DNA of 64,000 bases, from NCBI GenBank assembly GCA_965250085.1, contig OZ252287.1, positions 448,001 through 512,000 on the forward strand, read 5' to 3'. The notes under the pieces were generated by a model that was not told where the DNA came from, did not search any database, and worked only from the letters and a program-made list of their open reading frames with translations. Below are positions 62,316-64,000 of this stretch, piece by piece. Positions within the stretch are counted from its first letter, which is position 1; the number at the start of each line of letters is the position of its first letter. This DNA comes from Candidatus Altimarinota bacterium. Lineage in GTDB: Bacteria > Patescibacteriota > Gracilibacteria > CAIRYL01. Made by a program: the position numbers and the translations under genes.

Positions 62316-63182
62316 TTAAAAAAATGCTCCTGCAGATGAGACTGCTACCGTCCCCACTGTTCCGCCAACAAGAATGTATGGAAGGAGTTTGGACATGAGT
62401 TTCTTTTTGACAGCTTGTGTTCTTCTTTTTGGTCGTTTTCGCACCATTTCACGGTGCACAGCGTTATGTTGGGCCATATATCGATTGATCTCATCTTCCG
62501 TTTTTTTTCGATCTATACTTGCCTGTTGCTCTTGTTTTTTCCGATGAATGAGGTCCTTCCCTTTTCCGCTCATCTCTGCACTTTCAGCGTTCGTAAGGCG
62601 CTCACGTGAAATGGTGTGCTCTCTCTGATATCTCTGCAACGGCACAGAAGAAGTATCTACTTGTTGCGTGAGATCGCCTGCAGAGGAAAGCAGTGCTTTG
62701 TGAACATTTGTAGGAATATCATTTGCTGGCTCTTCTCGTTCAGAAGCAAGGATCACAGCAAGTGCTGCATAGGATCGTTCCGCATCACCTACTGGCATTC
62801 TTTTTTGCCACTGGGGCGTTCCCGGAAAGTGAAGTCCTTCTTTTATCTGATCATCGAGCATATCCATCCGATGCGCAAAATCTTGAGCAGATTCTTGTTG
62901 TTTTTTAGAAACTGCCAAGAGAAATGCAAGTGTTGCCTGTTGGGAGGTAAGTGTTCCAAAAATTTTATCTCTGCAAAATCTCTTACAAAACTCTTCTGCC
63001 TTGTGTGCATACTCTGGAGTCTGCATATGTCCTTTGAGCCAATTTTGAATCTCCTGTTTCTGCTCACGTTCTAAAGAATATCTCGTCATTCGCTCCAGAG
63101 TTTGAAACACATATGCCTCATCCTGGAGACGATCTGCAAAATCTTTCTGCGCTCTGCCGTTTTTGTGTGCCATGTCTATCAT
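62316..63182 (-). CDS. Hypothetical protein with C-terminal membrane anchor
   Basis: 288 aa, hydrophobic C-terminal tail; overlaps the upstream gene stop. Confidence 0.7.
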   Translation of the reverse strand: MIDMAHKNGRAQKDFADRLQDEAYVFQTLERMTRYSLEREQKQEIQNWLKGHMQTPEYAHKAEEFCKRFCRDKIFGTLTSQQATLAFLLAVSKKQQESAQDFAHRMDMLDDQIKEGLHFPGTPQWQKRMPVGDAERSYAALAVILASEREEPANDIPTNVHKALLSSAGDLTQQVDTSSVPLQRYQREHTISRERLTNAESAEMSGKGKDLIHRKKQEQQASIDRKKTEDEINRYMAQHNAVHREMVRKRPKRRTQAVKKKLMSKLLPYILVGGTVGTVAVSSAGAFF

Positions 63183-64000
63183 GAATTTTGAGATTTTAAA
63201 GAATTAAGAATTTCACGAGTATCATGTGTTGAAAAATTTTCTCCCATAAATTGCTTATAGACCCATTTTCGTTCACGCCGTGCTTCAAGAGTCGTATCTT
63301 GTGATTCCAAGCGCGTAAGAGCTTCATTAAATTGTTCTTGGTTGTGTGTACCCGGAATCAAATCTGTCCGTCCTCCAAGTTTTTGAAGTTCTGCAGTTCC
63401 CCATCCTGAACCCTTGAGACCTTCTATAAAATCTCCCTGCACTTTTACCCGATCATTTTTTGAAACTCTCAAATCAGATCCTTTGACCTCTGCCCAATTG
63501 ACCGAACGAAGAATCTGAGCATCCTCTGGATGATTCCTTAAAAACTTCTGTATTCTCTCTCTCTCTATTTTTTTATCAGGAGAGTTGAGATAATTTGTCG
63601 CAGTATTTCCCGTATCCAGTTTGTATCTGTTTTTTTGCATCATTCTCGCTCCCACAGCGCCACTCGCTGCCCAGAATGCCGCTTTATCATTCTTGGGATC
63701 CTGCACCCAGATAGCACCATTTGCCAGTGCCACTGTGTATCCCCAAATGGGTCCTACTACTGTAATGAGAAATCGTATAATGCCATCTTCTTTCTGAAGC
63801 AATTTTCGAAACGGCCCTTCCTTTACCGACTCAGGCTTGAGAGCAATTTCAATTGCTTCTGCTTTGGTCAATCCTTCGGTATGCTTTGTATATTCCGCGA
63901 GCATCTCTGGATTTTCAGGGTTGGTAATCTTGCTCAAAAGTTCTGCTTCCTTCATCGAGATCATTTGATCAGCAATGATATGTCCCTTGGTAGAGATAAA
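63179..64000 (-). CDS. Hypothetical protein (5' end outside window)
   Basis: Frame open to the window edge. Confidence 0.7.
   Translation of the reverse strand, partial: FISTKGHIIADQMISMKEAELLSKITNPENPEMLAEYTKHTEGLTKAEAIEIALKPESVKEGPFRKLLQKEDGIIRFLITVVGPIWGYTVALANGAIWVQDPKNDKAAFWAASGAVGARMMQKNRYKLDTGNTATNYLNSPDKKIERERIQKFLRNHPEDAQILRSVNWAEVKGSDLRVSKNDRVKVQGDFIEGLKGSGWGTAELQKLGGRTDLIPGTHNQEQFNEALTRLESQDTTLEARRERKWVYKQFMGENFSTHDTREILNSLKSQNS

Overview
Chromosomal window from an AT-rich Patescibacteria/CPR-like bacterium (probably Peregrinibacteria/Gracilibacteria class, inferred from gene style; TGA is a normal stop, so code 11). Housekeeping genes (metK, trmD, recR, rnj, cca, infB, pcrA, rpsB, tsf, purD, ligA, holA, argG, argH, initiator tRNA-Met) are interleaved with SLH surface proteins, peptidoglycan hydrolases, VirB2-like pilins, a TetR-RND efflux locus, orphan genes and one IS1595-family element with TIRs and an 8-bp TSD. 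Main leads: (1) two four-helix-bundle genes, each enclosed by inverted arrays of its own 7-bp repeat, with gene-less copies of the same arms at gene boundaries, suggesting an uncharacterised mobile-element system; (2) two tandem leader-peptide/terminator units with Arg codons and 1:2/2:3/3:4 pairing upstream of argGH; (3) two paralogous membrane-anchored repeat proteins with strongly NNT-biased segments resembling DGR-diversified regions; (4) an SLH-Kunitz-Kunitz-CuA fusion, a small-protein/HEPN-like gene pair, a chimeric cca/DUF1761 duplication scar and a tRNA-fMet pseudo-copy. All calls were made by eye; no searches were run.
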